Of a stretch of DNA of 64,000 nucleotides, positions 48,176 through 58,552 are shown piece after piece. The notes under the pieces were generated by a model. The model had not been told where the DNA came from. It searched no databases and saw only the letters and a list, made by a program, of their open reading frames with translations. Source of the stretch: an uncultured delta proteobacterium (GTDB taxonomy: Bacteria > Desulfobacterota > Binatia > UBA9968); the NCBI GenBank assembly GCA_963737905.1, contig CAVTUQ010000005.1, positions 96,001 to 160,000 of the forward strand, read 5' to 3'. Position numbers and translations under genes: made by a program. Position 1 is the first letter of the stretch; each line of letters opens with the position of its first letter.

Positions 48176-49249
48176 ATGTTGCTCCGGTGTCGCCTACCGC
48201 TAGCTCACTTCGAATTAGATATTGACGTATCCTTCGATGCTCGGCTGGCGTCGATTTTTGGACCCTCAGGTTCAGGGAAAACTACCCTCCTTGACGCCAT
48301 CGCCGGTTTGCGGGACATAACGGCGGGAGAAATCGAAATCGATGGCAGCACGCTTTTCTCTTCCGCGCGCGGCATTAATCGACCGCCGCGAGAACGCGGC
48401 ATCGGCTACGTCCCGCAAGAGGGTGCGCTTTTCCCGCATCTTTCGGTGCGGAAAAATATCCTTTTCGGTTCCGGCCGCACCGCCGACATCAGCCAGTCAA
48501 AGAGCCTCAGTATGGAACATGTGTTGAGTGTCCTTGAAATCGGCAGTTTATTGGACCGTCCAGTGACGAAGCTTTCCGGAGGAGAAGCGCAGAGAGTGGC
48601 ATTGGCCAGAGCGATATTGTCCCAACCACGATTGCTTTTGCTGGATGAGCCTTTGGCGTCCTTGGATATCGGCCTCAAGGAGAAGATTTTGCCTTATCTT
48701 GCCCGCGTTCGTGACGAATTTGAAATTCCGATGATTTACGTAACCCATAATTTGACCGAGGTTCTGACTTTAGCCGATTGGGTGTTGATGATCCGGCAGG
48801 GACGATTGGTGACCCAGGGAGTTCCGAAAGAAGCGCTCAGGTCCATGCATGCGATCATGCACTTTCCGGAAGAGCAGTTCGAAAACGTTTTTACTGTCAC
48901 TTTTATCGAGTCAGATCCCGAAGCCGGTAGAACCAAAGTGCGTTTGCAAGGCGGGCAGGAGCTTTTCATTCCCTATCTGCCGCGACCAGAAAGCCAAACT
49001 GTCCAGATTCGTATCAGCGCTGATGATATCCTCGTCTCTATAAGACGGCCTGAGGGAATCTCAGCCGGCAATGTCCTGCCGGGAACTGTTCGACGAGTCG
49101 ATGAAATCGAGGGGCAGGCGATGGTCACGGTCGCCGCCGGAGACGAGTTTTACGCGCGGCTCACCGTCGCTGCGATCAAACGGCTCGGTCTCGTCGAGGA
49201 AACTCCCGTGTTTCTCATCATGAAAACCCGTTCCTTTCGTTCACTCTGA
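48176..49249 (+). CDS. modC: Molybdate ABC ATPase with TOBE domains
   Basis: GPSGSGKT, LFPHL, LSGGE, LLLDEP. Confidence 0.93.
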   Translation: MLLRCRLPLAHFELDIDVSFDARLASIFGPSGSGKTTLLDAIAGLRDITAGEIEIDGSTLFSSARGINRPPRERGIGYVPQEGALFPHLSVRKNILFGSGRTADISQSKSLSMEHVLSVLEIGSLLDRPVTKLSGGEAQRVALARAILSQPRLLLLDEPLASLDIGLKEKILPYLARVRDEFEIPMIYVTHNLTEVLTLADWVLMIRQGRLVTQGVPKEALRSMHAIMHFPEEQFENVFTVTFIESDPEAGRTKVRLQGGQELFIPYLPRPESQTVQIRISADDILVSIRRPEGISAGNVLPGTVRRVDEIEGQAMVTVAAGDEFYARLTVAAIKRLGLVEETPVFLIMKTRSFRSL

Positions 49250-49395
49250 TCTGCTTCACCTAAAGATTTTCGTTCACGAAAAATCCATTCTTGCGGCTTG
49301 CGAAGCGATATCGAGCGGGTGCCAGAACTTGCTAGAACTTATAAATCGTTTGCGTTAGCGGTAGACTTGTTGCGGGCGTGTTGAGCGAACGGTCA

Positions 49396-49827
49396 ATGAC
49401 TGGTAAACATGCGGGGCTTTTGATCTTTTTTTGCCTTCTTTGGATCGGCTGCGGGCGCAACGAGCGGATGGATTTGCTTTACGCCCAGCGCTGCATGGGT
49501 TGTCATGGCCTGTCGGGGCGGGGCGACGGGCCCGTGGCGGCTTCACTGCCCGTCCGTGTGCCTGACTTCCGGGAGACCGTGGAAAAGAAAAGCACCCCGC
49601 AGATCCGGCGAGCGATTGCTGAAGGACGTGGCATCATGCCGGCCTTTGGTCCGGCGTTACGTCCTGCCGAAATTACGGACATGGTTCAAATGGTGCGCTT
49701 CTTGAGCCGCGAAGGTCGGAACATCAGTTGGTGGGAAAAATACGACACCCTAGTTGTGGCTCACTGCAATGTGCCATGGGAGCTGGTGTTGGGTTACGAC
49801 GAGCCGGAGGAGGAGAAACAGCCTTGA
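49396..49827 (+). CDS. Monoheme cytochrome c lipoprotein
   Basis: Lipobox WIGC; CMGCH; GRGDGP; MPAF. Confidence 0.85.
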   Translation: MTGKHAGLLIFFCLLWIGCGRNERMDLLYAQRCMGCHGLSGRGDGPVAASLPVRVPDFRETVEKKSTPQIRRAIAEGRGIMPAFGPALRPAEITDMVQMVRFLSREGRNISWWEKYDTLVVAHCNVPWELVLGYDEPEEEKQP

Positions 49828-49899
49828 GACAGTCCGACTGAAAATTCAGGCCTGTGCCTTTCGTGCGCGTTTGAGGTTGTTGAACGGCGAAACGTCGGC

Positions 49900-49928
49900 T
49901 TGACAAGGCATGAGCTTAAAACTAAACT
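49900..49928 (+). promoter_or_regulatory. Sigma70 promoter of the zapB operon
   Basis: TTGACA-N17-TAAACT. Confidence 0.75.
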
Positions 49929-49958
49929 CAAACCTGAGATTTTGTGGTGCAAGGTTCT

Positions 49959-50189
49959 ATGGCGCTCGATCATATCGAACAGCTCGAAGCGAAGGTCATG
50001 CGGCTCGTTGAGAAGCACGAAAGAATTAAAAAGGAAAAGGAATCGTTCGAAAAAAGATTGCAGCAAAAGGAAAGCGAGTGGCACAACCTGAAGGGGCAGA
50101 TCCGACAATACGAGCGTGAGCGGACTGAACTCCGGGAAAAATTGGACAAGATTCTCGGTCAATTCGCGAGTCTGGACCTGCCTGACTGA
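49959..50189 (+). CDS. zapB: Cell division protein ZapB-like coiled coil
   Basis: Short coiled coil directly upstream of zapA. Confidence 0.75.
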   Translation: MALDHIEQLEAKVMRLVEKHERIKKEKESFEKRLQQKESEWHNLKGQIRQYERERTELREKLDKILGQFASLDLPD

Positions 50190-50198
50190 CGTGAGGGC

Positions 50199-50480
50199 AT
50201 GATGAAAAAGGCACTCGACGTTGAAATTCTGGGTCAAAAGCTGACGATCAGTAGCGATGCTGAGGAGAGTTACATGCTGAAGGTGGCCGGCTATGTCGAT
50301 GACAAGATGCAGGCGCTTTCGAGGGCACAGAAACCGGCCAACAAGTCCAACATCGCGATGCTGGCTGCGCTTAATATTGCCGACGAATATCATCGACTCA
50401 AGGAATCACACGAAACAATTCTCAACCGGTTGAGCCAATTGTCCAAAAAACTTTCAACGATGTTAACTGAGGAGGGTTAG
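50199..50480 (+). CDS. zapA: Cell division protein ZapA
   Basis: VEILGQ, VAGYVDDKM, LAALNIADE. Confidence 0.92.
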   Translation: MMKKALDVEILGQKLTISSDAEESYMLKVAGYVDDKMQALSRAQKPANKSNIAMLAALNIADEYHRLKESHETILNRLSQLSKKLSTMLTEEG

Positions 50481-50515
50481 AAGCTTTAAGGTGATCGATT
50501 TTCTCTGCTGTACTT

Positions 50516-50822
50516 GGAGAGAGAGCTAGGACAAATGCGGGGAAACATTTAAAGGATGTGGCGTGGAAAGATGAGGGAACGGGGAAAACATATTCTAATG
50601 GACCTGATCTGTTGGTTTCTGGCATTCGTAAATTGGACGAGCGTTCGGCGGCCCCTTGGGGAAAGCCGGCATATTTGGACGGAAATCCCACTAGTAAACG
50701 AAAGCCTACTGGCGGCTGTTTCTGTGCGTGGAAATCGGCTGTCAAGGGGACCCACTCTTGCGACTCGTAGATCAGACCTCTAGAGATAACTTTTCCGCTT
50801 AATTGTATCTCTCGTCTCTCTA
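50516..50822 (+). ncRNA. ssrS: 6S RNA (possibly extended)
   Basis: Canonical zapA-6S-ygfA position; nested rod-like pairings CTGATCT/AGATCAG, CCCCTTG/CAAGGGG, AGCCG/CGGCT; ends approximate. Confidence 0.7.
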
Positions 50823-50857
50823 CCCACTGTCTGGGAGTCCGGCATGTGGGGCTTTCA

Positions 50858-51457
50858 ATGAGAGAGAAAAAACATTCTTTGCGTGCCGCTGCGTTGACCC
50901 AGCGCCGCCTGCTGTCACGATCAGAATCCCTTGCCCGGAGCCGCTTGATTCAAGCGCGGGTGCTGCAGTTTCCCCCCTATCTCCTTAGTCGTTCAGCGGC
51001 ACTTTATAATCCGATACAAAACGAGGTTGAAACGGGGGCAATCCGGGATCATGCGCTGGCGACGGGAAAGAATGTTTTCTTCCCGCGATCTGGGCCAGAA
51101 GACTCGCTGGGATTGATCAAGATCGAGTCGGCGATTGATTTTAGCCCGGGTCGTTTTGGAATCCTGGAGCCAACAGGCGAAGGGCGACTGGCCGCCCGGG
51201 ATCGAGGGGAACTGATGGTCTTTGTGCCCGGGGTTGCCTTCGATTTGCGCGGCAACCGTCTGGGGCGAGGCAAGGGTTGGTATGACCGCCTGATAAAGGA
51301 GTTGGGCGGGGCGATTTTGGTTGCTTTAGCCTACGATTTTCAGATCGTAGACGAAGTGCCCGAAGAAGAATGGGATCAAAGAGTTCATTACGTGATTACA
51401 GAAAGGAGTGTTGTCGACTGCCGGTCCGTGCCGGTGCAGTCGAGGCAGGTTTCATAA
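50858..51457 (+). CDS. ygfA: 5-formyltetrahydrofolate cyclo-ligase
   Basis: FGILEP, VPGVAFD..GNRLGRGKGWYDR, WDQRV..VITE. Confidence 0.93.
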   Translation: MREKKHSLRAAALTQRRLLSRSESLARSRLIQARVLQFPPYLLSRSAALYNPIQNEVETGAIRDHALATGKNVFFPRSGPEDSLGLIKIESAIDFSPGRFGILEPTGEGRLAARDRGELMVFVPGVAFDLRGNRLGRGKGWYDRLIKELGGAILVALAYDFQIVDEVPEEEWDQRVHYVITERSVVDCRSVPVQSRQVS

Positions 51458-51478
51458 GTTCATTGATTACGAAAGGGG

Positions 51479-53053
51479 GTGTTGGCGTTGGATCAGAATA
51501 TCTGGTTCGGCATTGCAGGTTTACTGCTGGGTGTGTTGTTCGCGCTGTCGATTGTTTGGGTGCGGCGCAAGCAACAGCGCAAAGAAATTGAGCTTGCCGA
51601 GAACGCAGCCGCCCGCATTGTTGAAGAAGCGAAAAAGGACGCGGGCGCAATCAAAAAAGAGGCCGAGATACAGGCCAAGGACAGTCTGGTAAAAGAAAAA
51701 TTGGATTTCGAGAAGGAGGTGCGAGAGACCCGGCGAGAGCTTCAAACGTCCGAAAAGCGATTGGTCGGCAAAGAAGAAGCTTTGGATAAGAGGATCGATT
51801 CCGTCGAGAAACGAGATAGTGACATGGGCCGGCGAGAGGCCGCACTCAAGTCTCGAGAAAAAAGCATCGAGGACAAATCCGCGGAGTACGAGCGCCAAGT
51901 CGATGAGGCGAGAAAGCAGTTGGAACAAGTCGCGGGGATGACCCGTGAGGAGGCGAAAAGGAATCTCATCGATCAAATGGTCGAAGAGGCGAAACACGAC
52001 TCCGCCAAACGGATTCGTGTGGTCGAGGAAGGAGCCAAAGAAGAAGCGGTTCGCAAGAGCCAAAAAATTATCGCTTTGGCTATCGAGAGGCTTGCCGGCG
52101 ATTTTGTCGCGGAGCGGTCGGTGACGGTGGTGCCGTTGCCCAACGACGAGCTGAAGGGAAAAATCATCGGCCGGGAGGGTCGCAACATTAGAGCTCTCGA
52201 GGCGGCGACCGGAATCGACCTGATTGTCGATGATACACCGGAAACCGTAGTGATTTCGGGTCACAATCCGATTCGGCGAGAGATCGCGCGCTTGTCCTTA
52301 GAGAAGCTCATTTCGGACGGGCGCATTCATCCCGGAAGGATCGAAGAGGTGGTCCGCAAATCCGAGCAAGAGTTAGACGAAGCGATTCGTGAGGCCGGAC
52401 AGAAGGCCATTTTCGACGTGGGAGTTCATGGAGTTCACCCGGAGATTATCAAGCTTCTGGGGCGGCTCAAATATCGTTATAGTTATGCGCAAAACGTGTT
52501 GCTGCATTCCATCGAGGCCGCGTTTATCTGTGGCATGATGGCGTCGGAGCTGGGCTTGAATGAAAAACAAGCTCGGCGCGCGGCGCTGCTCCACGATATC
52601 GGTAAGGCGGTGGACCATGAGGTGGAGGGATCCCATGCGATCATCGGCGCCGAACTCGCGCGCAAGTACGGCGAGTCGCCCAAAATCGTCAATGCGATAG
52701 CCGCGCACCATGAAGACGTGAAAGCGGAAACGATTCTGGCGCCTTTGGTGGATGCGGCGGACGCGCTGTCGGGAGCGCGACCTGGGGCTCGCCGCGAAAT
52801 GATGGAATCCTACGTGCGGCGTCTCGAAGAGCTGGAGCGCATTACGAACTCGTTTAAAGGGGTGGAAAAATCCTACGCGGTTCAAGCGGGGAGAGAGATC
52901 CGCATAATGGTCCAGCATGACATCGTTTCGGACGACGAAGCCTCACGTATGGCGCGGGAGATCGCGCGCAAGATTGAAACTGAAATGACTTACCCCGGAC
53001 AGATCAAGGTTACGGTCATTCGCGAGGTGCGCTCGGTGGATTACGCCAAGTGA
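51479..53053 (+). CDS. rny: Ribonuclease Y
   Basis: TM, coiled coil, KH ([10 protein letters not shown]), HD (LLHDIGK). Confidence 0.96.
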   Translation: MLALDQNIWFGIAGLLLGVLFALSIVWVRRKQQRKEIELAENAAARIVEEAKKDAGAIKKEAEIQAKDSLVKEKLDFEKEVRETRRELQTSEKRLVGKEEALDKRIDSVEKRDSDMGRREAALKSREKSIEDKSAEYERQVDEARKQLEQVAGMTREEAKRNLIDQMVEEAKHDSAKRIRVVEEGAKEEAVRKSQKIIALAIERLAGDFVAERSVTVVPLPNDELKGKIIGREGRNIRALEAATGIDLIVDDTPETVVISGHNPIRREIARLSLEKLISDGRIHPGRIEEVVRKSEQELDEAIREAGQKAIFDVGVHGVHPEIIKLLGRLKYRYSYAQNVLLHSIEAAFICGMMASELGLNEKQARRAALLHDIGKAVDHEVEGSHAIIGAELARKYGESPKIVNAIAAHHEDVKAETILAPLVDAADALSGARPGARREMMESYVRRLEELERITNSFKGVEKSYAVQAGREIRIMVQHDIVSDDEASRMAREIARKIETEMTYPGQIKVTVIREVRSVDYAK

Positions 53054-53068
53054 AAAGATGGGTTCGCC

Positions 53069-53863
53069 ATGCGCATACTGATTCTCGGCGATGTGATGGG
53101 TCGCCCTGCCCGGAGGGCGGTGAGGGAACTTGTCCCGGCTCTGATCAGGGAAGAGAAGATCGACCTTGCCATCGCGAACGCGGAGAACGCCGCCGGCGGA
53201 ATGGGGGTCGACATCAAGAGCGCGGCAGAGCTTTTCTCGGCCGGTATCCACGTGCTGACATCGGGCAATCACATCTGGAAAAAGAAGGAGATCTACGCCT
53301 TTCTGGATGAACAATCCTATTTGCTTCGCCCGGCGAACTTTCCTGAGGGAGCGCCGGGACGGGGTTGGTGCGAGTGGCGGAATCCGGATGACTTAAAGGC
53401 GCTGGTCATTAATGTCCAGGGACGAGTTTTTATGCCGAACCATGTCGATGACCCTTTCCGTTGTGTCGACATGATTCTGAAGGAGCATGGTCATCACTCC
53501 CGGGTCATTGTTGTAGACATGCATGCGGAAGCAACTTCGGAAAAAAATGCGATGGGTTGGTATCTTGATGGTCGTGCTTCCGCCGTGTACGGGACACACA
53601 CGCACATTCAGACCTCCGATGAGCGGATCTTTCCGAGCGGGACAGCTTATATTACGGATGTGGGAATGTGCGGTCCCTTCGATTCGGTGATCGGCATGGA
53701 AAAAGAGACGGTCATCCATGGGTTCATCAGTCAGCTACCGCGGAAGTTTGAGGTTGCGCAGGGAAATGTGGTGCTCCAGGGAGTCATTGTTGATGTCGAC
53801 CCTGCTAACGGTAAAGCGCGCGAAATCCGCCGGCTGCGGCTTCATCATGAGCCGTTGTCTTGA
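53069..53863 (+). CDS. ymdB: TIGR00282/YmdB family metallophosphoesterase
   Basis: GDVMG, NAENAAGG, TSGNH, HAEATSEK, GTHTH. Confidence 0.93.
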   Translation: MRILILGDVMGRPARRAVRELVPALIREEKIDLAIANAENAAGGMGVDIKSAAELFSAGIHVLTSGNHIWKKKEIYAFLDEQSYLLRPANFPEGAPGRGWCEWRNPDDLKALVINVQGRVFMPNHVDDPFRCVDMILKEHGHHSRVIVVDMHAEATSEKNAMGWYLDGRASAVYGTHTHIQTSDERIFPSGTAYITDVGMCGPFDSVIGMEKETVIHGFISQLPRKFEVAQGNVVLQGVIVDVDPANGKAREIRRLRLHHEPLS

Positions 53864-53866
53864 ATC

Positions 53867-55063
53867 ATGGACGACATTCATACACAGCTCGAGCTCATCA
53901 AGCGGGGTGCCGTCGAGGTCTTGCCGGAGGAAGAACTCCTCACTAAGCTCAAACGAGGCCGGCCACTTAAAATCAAGGCCGGCTTCGATCCCACGGCTCC
54001 AGATCTGCACCTGGGGCACACGGTCTTGATCCAAAAGATGAAACAGTTTCAGGATCTGGGGCATGAGGTGATTTTTCTGATCGGTGACTTCACCGGCATG
54101 ATCGGGGATCCCTCCGGCAAGTCGGAGACACGCAAGCAACTTACACGCGAGGAAGTCGTAACCAACGCCGAGACCTATAAAGAGCAGATCTTCAAGATTC
54201 TTGACCCGAAAAAAACTATTATCGAGTTCAATCATCGCTGGATGGAACAATTGGATGCCGTCGGGCTCATCGAATTGGCCGCGAAATATACGGTGGCGCG
54301 GATGTTGGAGCGTGAAGACTTCAAGCAGCGTTATCAAAACCAGCAGCCCATCAGCATTCACGAATTCCTCTATCCTCTGGTTCAGGGGTACGATTCTGTC
54401 GTGCTCAAAGCCGACATCGAGTTGGGTGGAACAGACCAGCGGTTCAACTTGCTCATGGGTCGCGAATTGCAGCGGGAGTATGGCCATGAGCCGCAGGTGG
54501 TTTTGACTATGCCTTTGCTAGAAGGCACCGACGGCGTTCAGAAGATGAGCAAGTCCCTGGGCAACTATATCGGCATCAATGAAGCGCCCGAAGAGATCTT
54601 CGGCAAGCTCATGTCGATCTCCGACGAGTTGATGTGGCGCTATTACGAATTGCTCAGCGACAAAGACCTCCGGGAAATTCAAACTCTGCGCTCCCGAGTG
54701 GAGGAGGGGAAGCTGCATCCGATGGAAATCAAGAAACAACTCGCCAAGGAATTGGTTTTGCGATTTCACGGATCCGCTGCAGCACAATTTGCACTTGACT
54801 ATTTTGAAAGCCGTTACCAAAAGAGGTCGGTGCCCGAGGGCATTCGAAAACAGTTTTCTCCGCCGGAATCCGTCTGGATTTGTGAGCTGATTGCCGACTA
54901 CCTCCAGTTCGCCAAGTCTCGAAGCGAAGCCCGGCGCTTGGTCACTCAAGGAGCCGTTAAAGTGGATGGCAAGGTTATAACGGATATTAATTTTCAGTTT
55001 CAAGGCAGGACCCACCAGGTCATAGAAGTAGGGAAGAATCGCATTGCTCAAGCCGCAAAGTAA
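53867..55063 (+). CDS. tyrS: Tyrosine--tRNA ligase
   Basis: [19 protein letters not shown]-terminal S4 domain. Confidence 0.97.
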   Translation: MDDIHTQLELIKRGAVEVLPEEELLTKLKRGRPLKIKAGFDPTAPDLHLGHTVLIQKMKQFQDLGHEVIFLIGDFTGMIGDPSGKSETRKQLTREEVVTNAETYKEQIFKILDPKKTIIEFNHRWMEQLDAVGLIELAAKYTVARMLEREDFKQRYQNQQPISIHEFLYPLVQGYDSVVLKADIELGGTDQRFNLLMGRELQREYGHEPQVVLTMPLLEGTDGVQKMSKSLGNYIGINEAPEEIFGKLMSISDELMWRYYELLSDKDLREIQTLRSRVEEGKLHPMEIKKQLAKELVLRFHGSAAAQFALDYFESRYQKRSVPEGIRKQFSPPESVWICELIADYLQFAKSRSEARRLVTQGAVKVDGKVITDINFQFQGRTHQVIEVGKNRIAQAAK

Positions 55064-55087
55064 TGTGCGTTTGTTGGATCGGAGGAG

Positions 55088-55116
55088 TTGAATTAGCCGG
55101 TCACGATGGGTAAACT
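55088..55116 (+). promoter_or_regulatory. Sigma70 promoter for greA
   Basis: TTGAAT-N17-TAAACT. Confidence 0.65.
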
Positions 55117-55178
55117 AAGCGGGTGAGCTGATCTCACAGGCTGAGAAAGAAAGCGTGAGGCCAGCCGCCGAGTTAAGA

Positions 55179-55214
55179 GCCTCTCAGGAGAGATTCCCGA
55201 GGGGTTTTTATTTT
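55179..55214 (+). terminator. Intrinsic terminator in the greA leader
   Basis: CCTCTCAGGAG-AGA-TTCCCGAGGGG followed by TTTTTATTTT, about 20 nt before ATG. Confidence 0.65.
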
Positions 55215-55232
55215 CTATAGGAGTGGAAACAT

Positions 55233-55721
55233 ATGGCAACTGAGGACGCGCGGGTTCCGATGACCCATCGAGGTTACCAGTTTTTACTGGAGGAGTTAAA
55301 GCGCTTAAAAGGCGTGGAAAGACCGAAAATCGTTCGCGAAATTGAAGAGGCTAGGGACCATGGCGATCTGTCCGAGAATGCCGAGTTTCACGCGGCTAAA
55401 GAAAGGCAATCGTTATTGGACGTCCAGATCCGCGAGATCGACGACCGGCTTGCGCGCGCACAGGTAATCGAGGTGTCCAAACTCTCGGGGGACAAAGTGG
55501 TATTCGGCGCCACGGTGTCCTTGGCCGATGGTGATACCGGCGATAAGGTGGTATATCAAATCGTGGGTGATCACGAGGCAGAGCCGAAGAACGGAAAGAT
55601 TTCGATTAGTTCTCCCGTCGCCCGTGCTTTGATCGGTAAGAGCGAGGGAGACGAGGTTCAGGTCCGCACCCCCACGGGCGTCCGTTCATTTGAGATTCTT
55701 AGTGTAGAGTACATCGACTAG
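55233..55721 (+). CDS. greA: Transcription elongation factor GreA
   Basis: HGDLSENAEF, ISISSPVARALIG. Confidence 0.96.
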   Translation: MATEDARVPMTHRGYQFLLEELKRLKGVERPKIVREIEEARDHGDLSENAEFHAAKERQSLLDVQIREIDDRLARAQVIEVSKLSGDKVVFGATVSLADGDTGDKVVYQIVGDHEAEPKNGKISISSPVARALIGKSEGDEVQVRTPTGVRSFEILSVEYID

Positions 55722-55764
55722 ATCTCTCCTCTGCAGTGACGCGGGCCTGACGGGGAAAGGAATC

Positions 55765-57809
55765 ATGTCCTTTTCAGTCAACACGCCAGGTCGCGATCCT
55801 TCTCCAATTCCTTCGTTAAACTTGCGCGCGGGTCCGAGTCTACATCGTCGTCAGTCTTGCTGCCAGAAATTCACCGGCTGGAAAGAGCTAACTTACGGAC
55901 CCGGCGGGATGTTTTTATTCCTCTTCGTCTTTCTCTTTCCATCTTTTTGCGGCGCGGAAATCTTCATGGAGCCGCGCATCGGCTTTCATGGTGTTTTCCA
56001 ACTCGGCCGCCCCTTCCCCCTCGAGATCGAACTCAGCAACTCGGGCCGGCCAGCCGAAGGAACCCTAGAAATCGCAGTTTGGAAAGGGGGAGCAACGAAG
56101 GGCGGTGCTCCTTATCCTCTCTATTACCGGAGGGAACTTTTTCTCTCGCCCCAATCCCGGAAAACCGTGCAGCTGACTGTCGATCCCGATTTTATCAGCC
56201 GACCCCTGAAAATCATGTTTTCAAGCCCGGCCGGTACGGCATCGCGCGAGATCGATCTGCGGCGTTACTTCTCACCCTCTCCGGTGATTTTGCTTGTGAG
56301 CGAAGGGAACACGATTCCGGCGGTTTCTCTCGGTTCTTCTTTGACGAATCGTCTGGTGGCCCTCACTTTGGCCGAGTTGCCGCCCGATCCGAGAGCATTG
56401 CTCGGCGTCTCGCATTTGATTCTCTACGACCAGTCGTTGCGCGATCTTTCTCGGTCGCAACTCCTTGCGCTTGACACCTGGCTGACGGCCGGCGGAAGAA
56501 TGTTGATTCTCGGCAGCCTCAATTATTCTCTCTACCAGGAGCCGGCGATCAGCCGTTTGCTGCCGGTCCGTGTCACGGGAACCAAAAGAATTTCCTTTCA
56601 TCCAACTTTCGGTGAGAGCGATCGAGCGTCACCCATCGCCGATGTCTGGGCGCAGGCATCGACGGTTATCAGCGGAAAAGTGCTGGCGGATGCACAGGGT
56701 CTGCCGGTGCTTGTCGAAACGAGCCGAGGAAAAGGTAGGATTACCTATTTGTCCGTCGATGTCGGGCGGCCGCCGCTTTCCCAATGGGACGGGCTGCCGC
56801 GATTTCTGCAACACCTTTTGACACCTGCCGGCGGTGACGAACTCGCGCCGCGCACGAGGTGGGACGATGCGGTTTTCTCACAGCTCATTGTCAGCCCGTC
56901 GTTTATATCCACCTACCTTCCCACGGCTCTTTGTTTGTCGCCATACTCGGTTATCTAATCAGTATCGGTCTGTTCTCGTGGCTTTGGCAACGCCAGCGCT
57001 TTAACAGACGCGCCTTGGGGGCCACTTTCCTTTGCTTTCTCGTTCTTTCAACCGGCGGGGGCTATCTCTTATTCAGCCGCGGCGGTAATATCCCGGACGG
57101 CGTACTGCTTTCTTCCAATGTTATGGAAAGCAGCGGGGATGGTTATGTGGACGTCCAGTCGAACCTGGCCATGTTTTCTACCCAGATCCGCCGCTATGGC
57201 CTACAGATGGAACGGGGCTGGATGGAGTTCGTTCCCGTGGCCGCGCCTTCCCGGGATCGACCGGAACCGGCCGTGGTTTTCCAGGACGGCGACGGTTCGA
57301 GCCGCTTTCAGTTGCCGTTGCGCGAATGGGATTATAGACTTTTTCGTATCCGTTTTGTCGACCGTTTCCCGCTGCGTACCGAATTTGAGCAACAAGCGGG
57401 AAAATTGCGTATGCGATTGAATAACCAGAGCGCCAAAGAGCTCGTGGATTGCTGGTTGGTGGTGCCGGGTCAGCGCTATCCTATCGGCGATATCCCCCGG
57501 GGTGCGAGTTGGACCAAAGAGTTTCCTCTAGTCACGGACGAAGGCCAAGAACGAAGCGGTGGCCGCCGGTCTGATTCGGTAGACTTCCGTGATATTTCCT
57601 TCAAAGACAAAACGCGCGAGATCTTGTTCCACTCCTCGTTTTTTCCCCGGGACGAAGGCTCCGTCCGTTGGAGCACGGGGGCGGCCGTGTTCTTTGGCTG
57701 GGTGAAAAATCCGGACCGGCGCGTGTCGGTGGACGACCGGGGGATTCGTAACTACGACTATACATTGTTTCGCACGATTTTTCCTTTGGCCGGTCCGGAG
57801 GATGAATGA
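55765..57809 (+). CDS. Large membrane/exported protein with GATase-like domain (frameshift near 56920)
   Basis: ALDTWLTAGGRMLI, RGKGRI; second frame supplies TM pair and C-terminus; start may be ATG 55909. Confidence 0.65.
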
Positions 57810-58552
57810 AGGATAATCCAGTGCTCCGCGAGAGTCTCGATATCTTTTTCGGCGAGGGCCACGGGTTTGCCGTCTATTTTTACCTTTTGATTATTCTCGC
57901 GCCGGTGGAGTTCTTTTCGCTTTATTTGCCGTCCTTGGACGCCCAGATGTGGAGCGGCTCCGCGAATCTCTTTAAGGTTTGTGCCGTGACGGCATTGTTA
58001 CTGACGGTCTATCTTGCTTTACGCGTCGCGAATCAGGAGTTTGCACCCTGGAGATTCAAACCGATTAAGCATTGGGTGCGCGAGAACGGGCTGGCGATCT
58101 CCGCCGTGGGTCAAGGCCAATTGGCGTTTCTTTCTTTGCATGTGGCCCTTTCGATTCTTCTCTGCACCCCGCTTCTGATCTGGGCGGGGGCCATCGCCCG
58201 AACTCCCTTCCCACGGGTAGCCGGCACTTTTTTGCTGCTTTTATTTTATGCTCTTAGTTATGGCGTCTGGGGACTGGTAACCTTGGCTTTGTGGGAGCGG
58301 CGGGCCGAGAGCCGCCAGGTTTTTATCCGCTGCTTCTTTTTTTTCCTGGTTATCTTGTCGGCTCTGTTCTATTTACCCGTTAACCCCGTGGCCTTTCTGC
58401 TCGCCTATCTCAGCCGACAGGAGTTGCCGCCGCTCAGCCTTGGCGGATGGAAGGCACCCGCAACTGCCGTCCATTTTACATTTCACCTGCTAATTGGCAG
58501 CATCGGTTTAGCAGCCTACCGTTTGGCGCTGAGGAAGGATTTAACCGTTTGA
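57806..58552 (+). CDS. Multi-pass membrane protein (ABC-2 permease-like)
   Basis: NPVLRE N-terminus, about 6 TM segments, VNP motif. Confidence 0.65.
   Translation: MKDNPVLRESLDIFFGEGHGFAVYFYLLIILAPVEFFSLYLPSLDAQMWSGSANLFKVCAVTALLLTVYLALRVANQEFAPWRFKPIKHWVRENGLAISAVGQGQLAFLSLHVALSILLCTPLLIWAGAIARTPFPRVAGTFLLLLFYALSYGVWGLVTLALWERRAESRQVFIRCFFFFLVILSALFYLPVNPVAFLLAYLSRQELPPLSLGGWKAPATAVHFTFHLLIGSIGLAAYRLALRKDLTV

Noticed and set aside
49316-49335. Sigma54 promoter before the cytochrome c gene
   Set aside because: GG-GC spacing is 11-12 nt, not 10
51521-55051. Long antisense ORFs (e.g. 51521-52264, 53735-54487) and the 30962-31672 alternate frame
   Set aside because: Shadow frames of well-supported genes in GC-rich DNA, with no recognisable motifs
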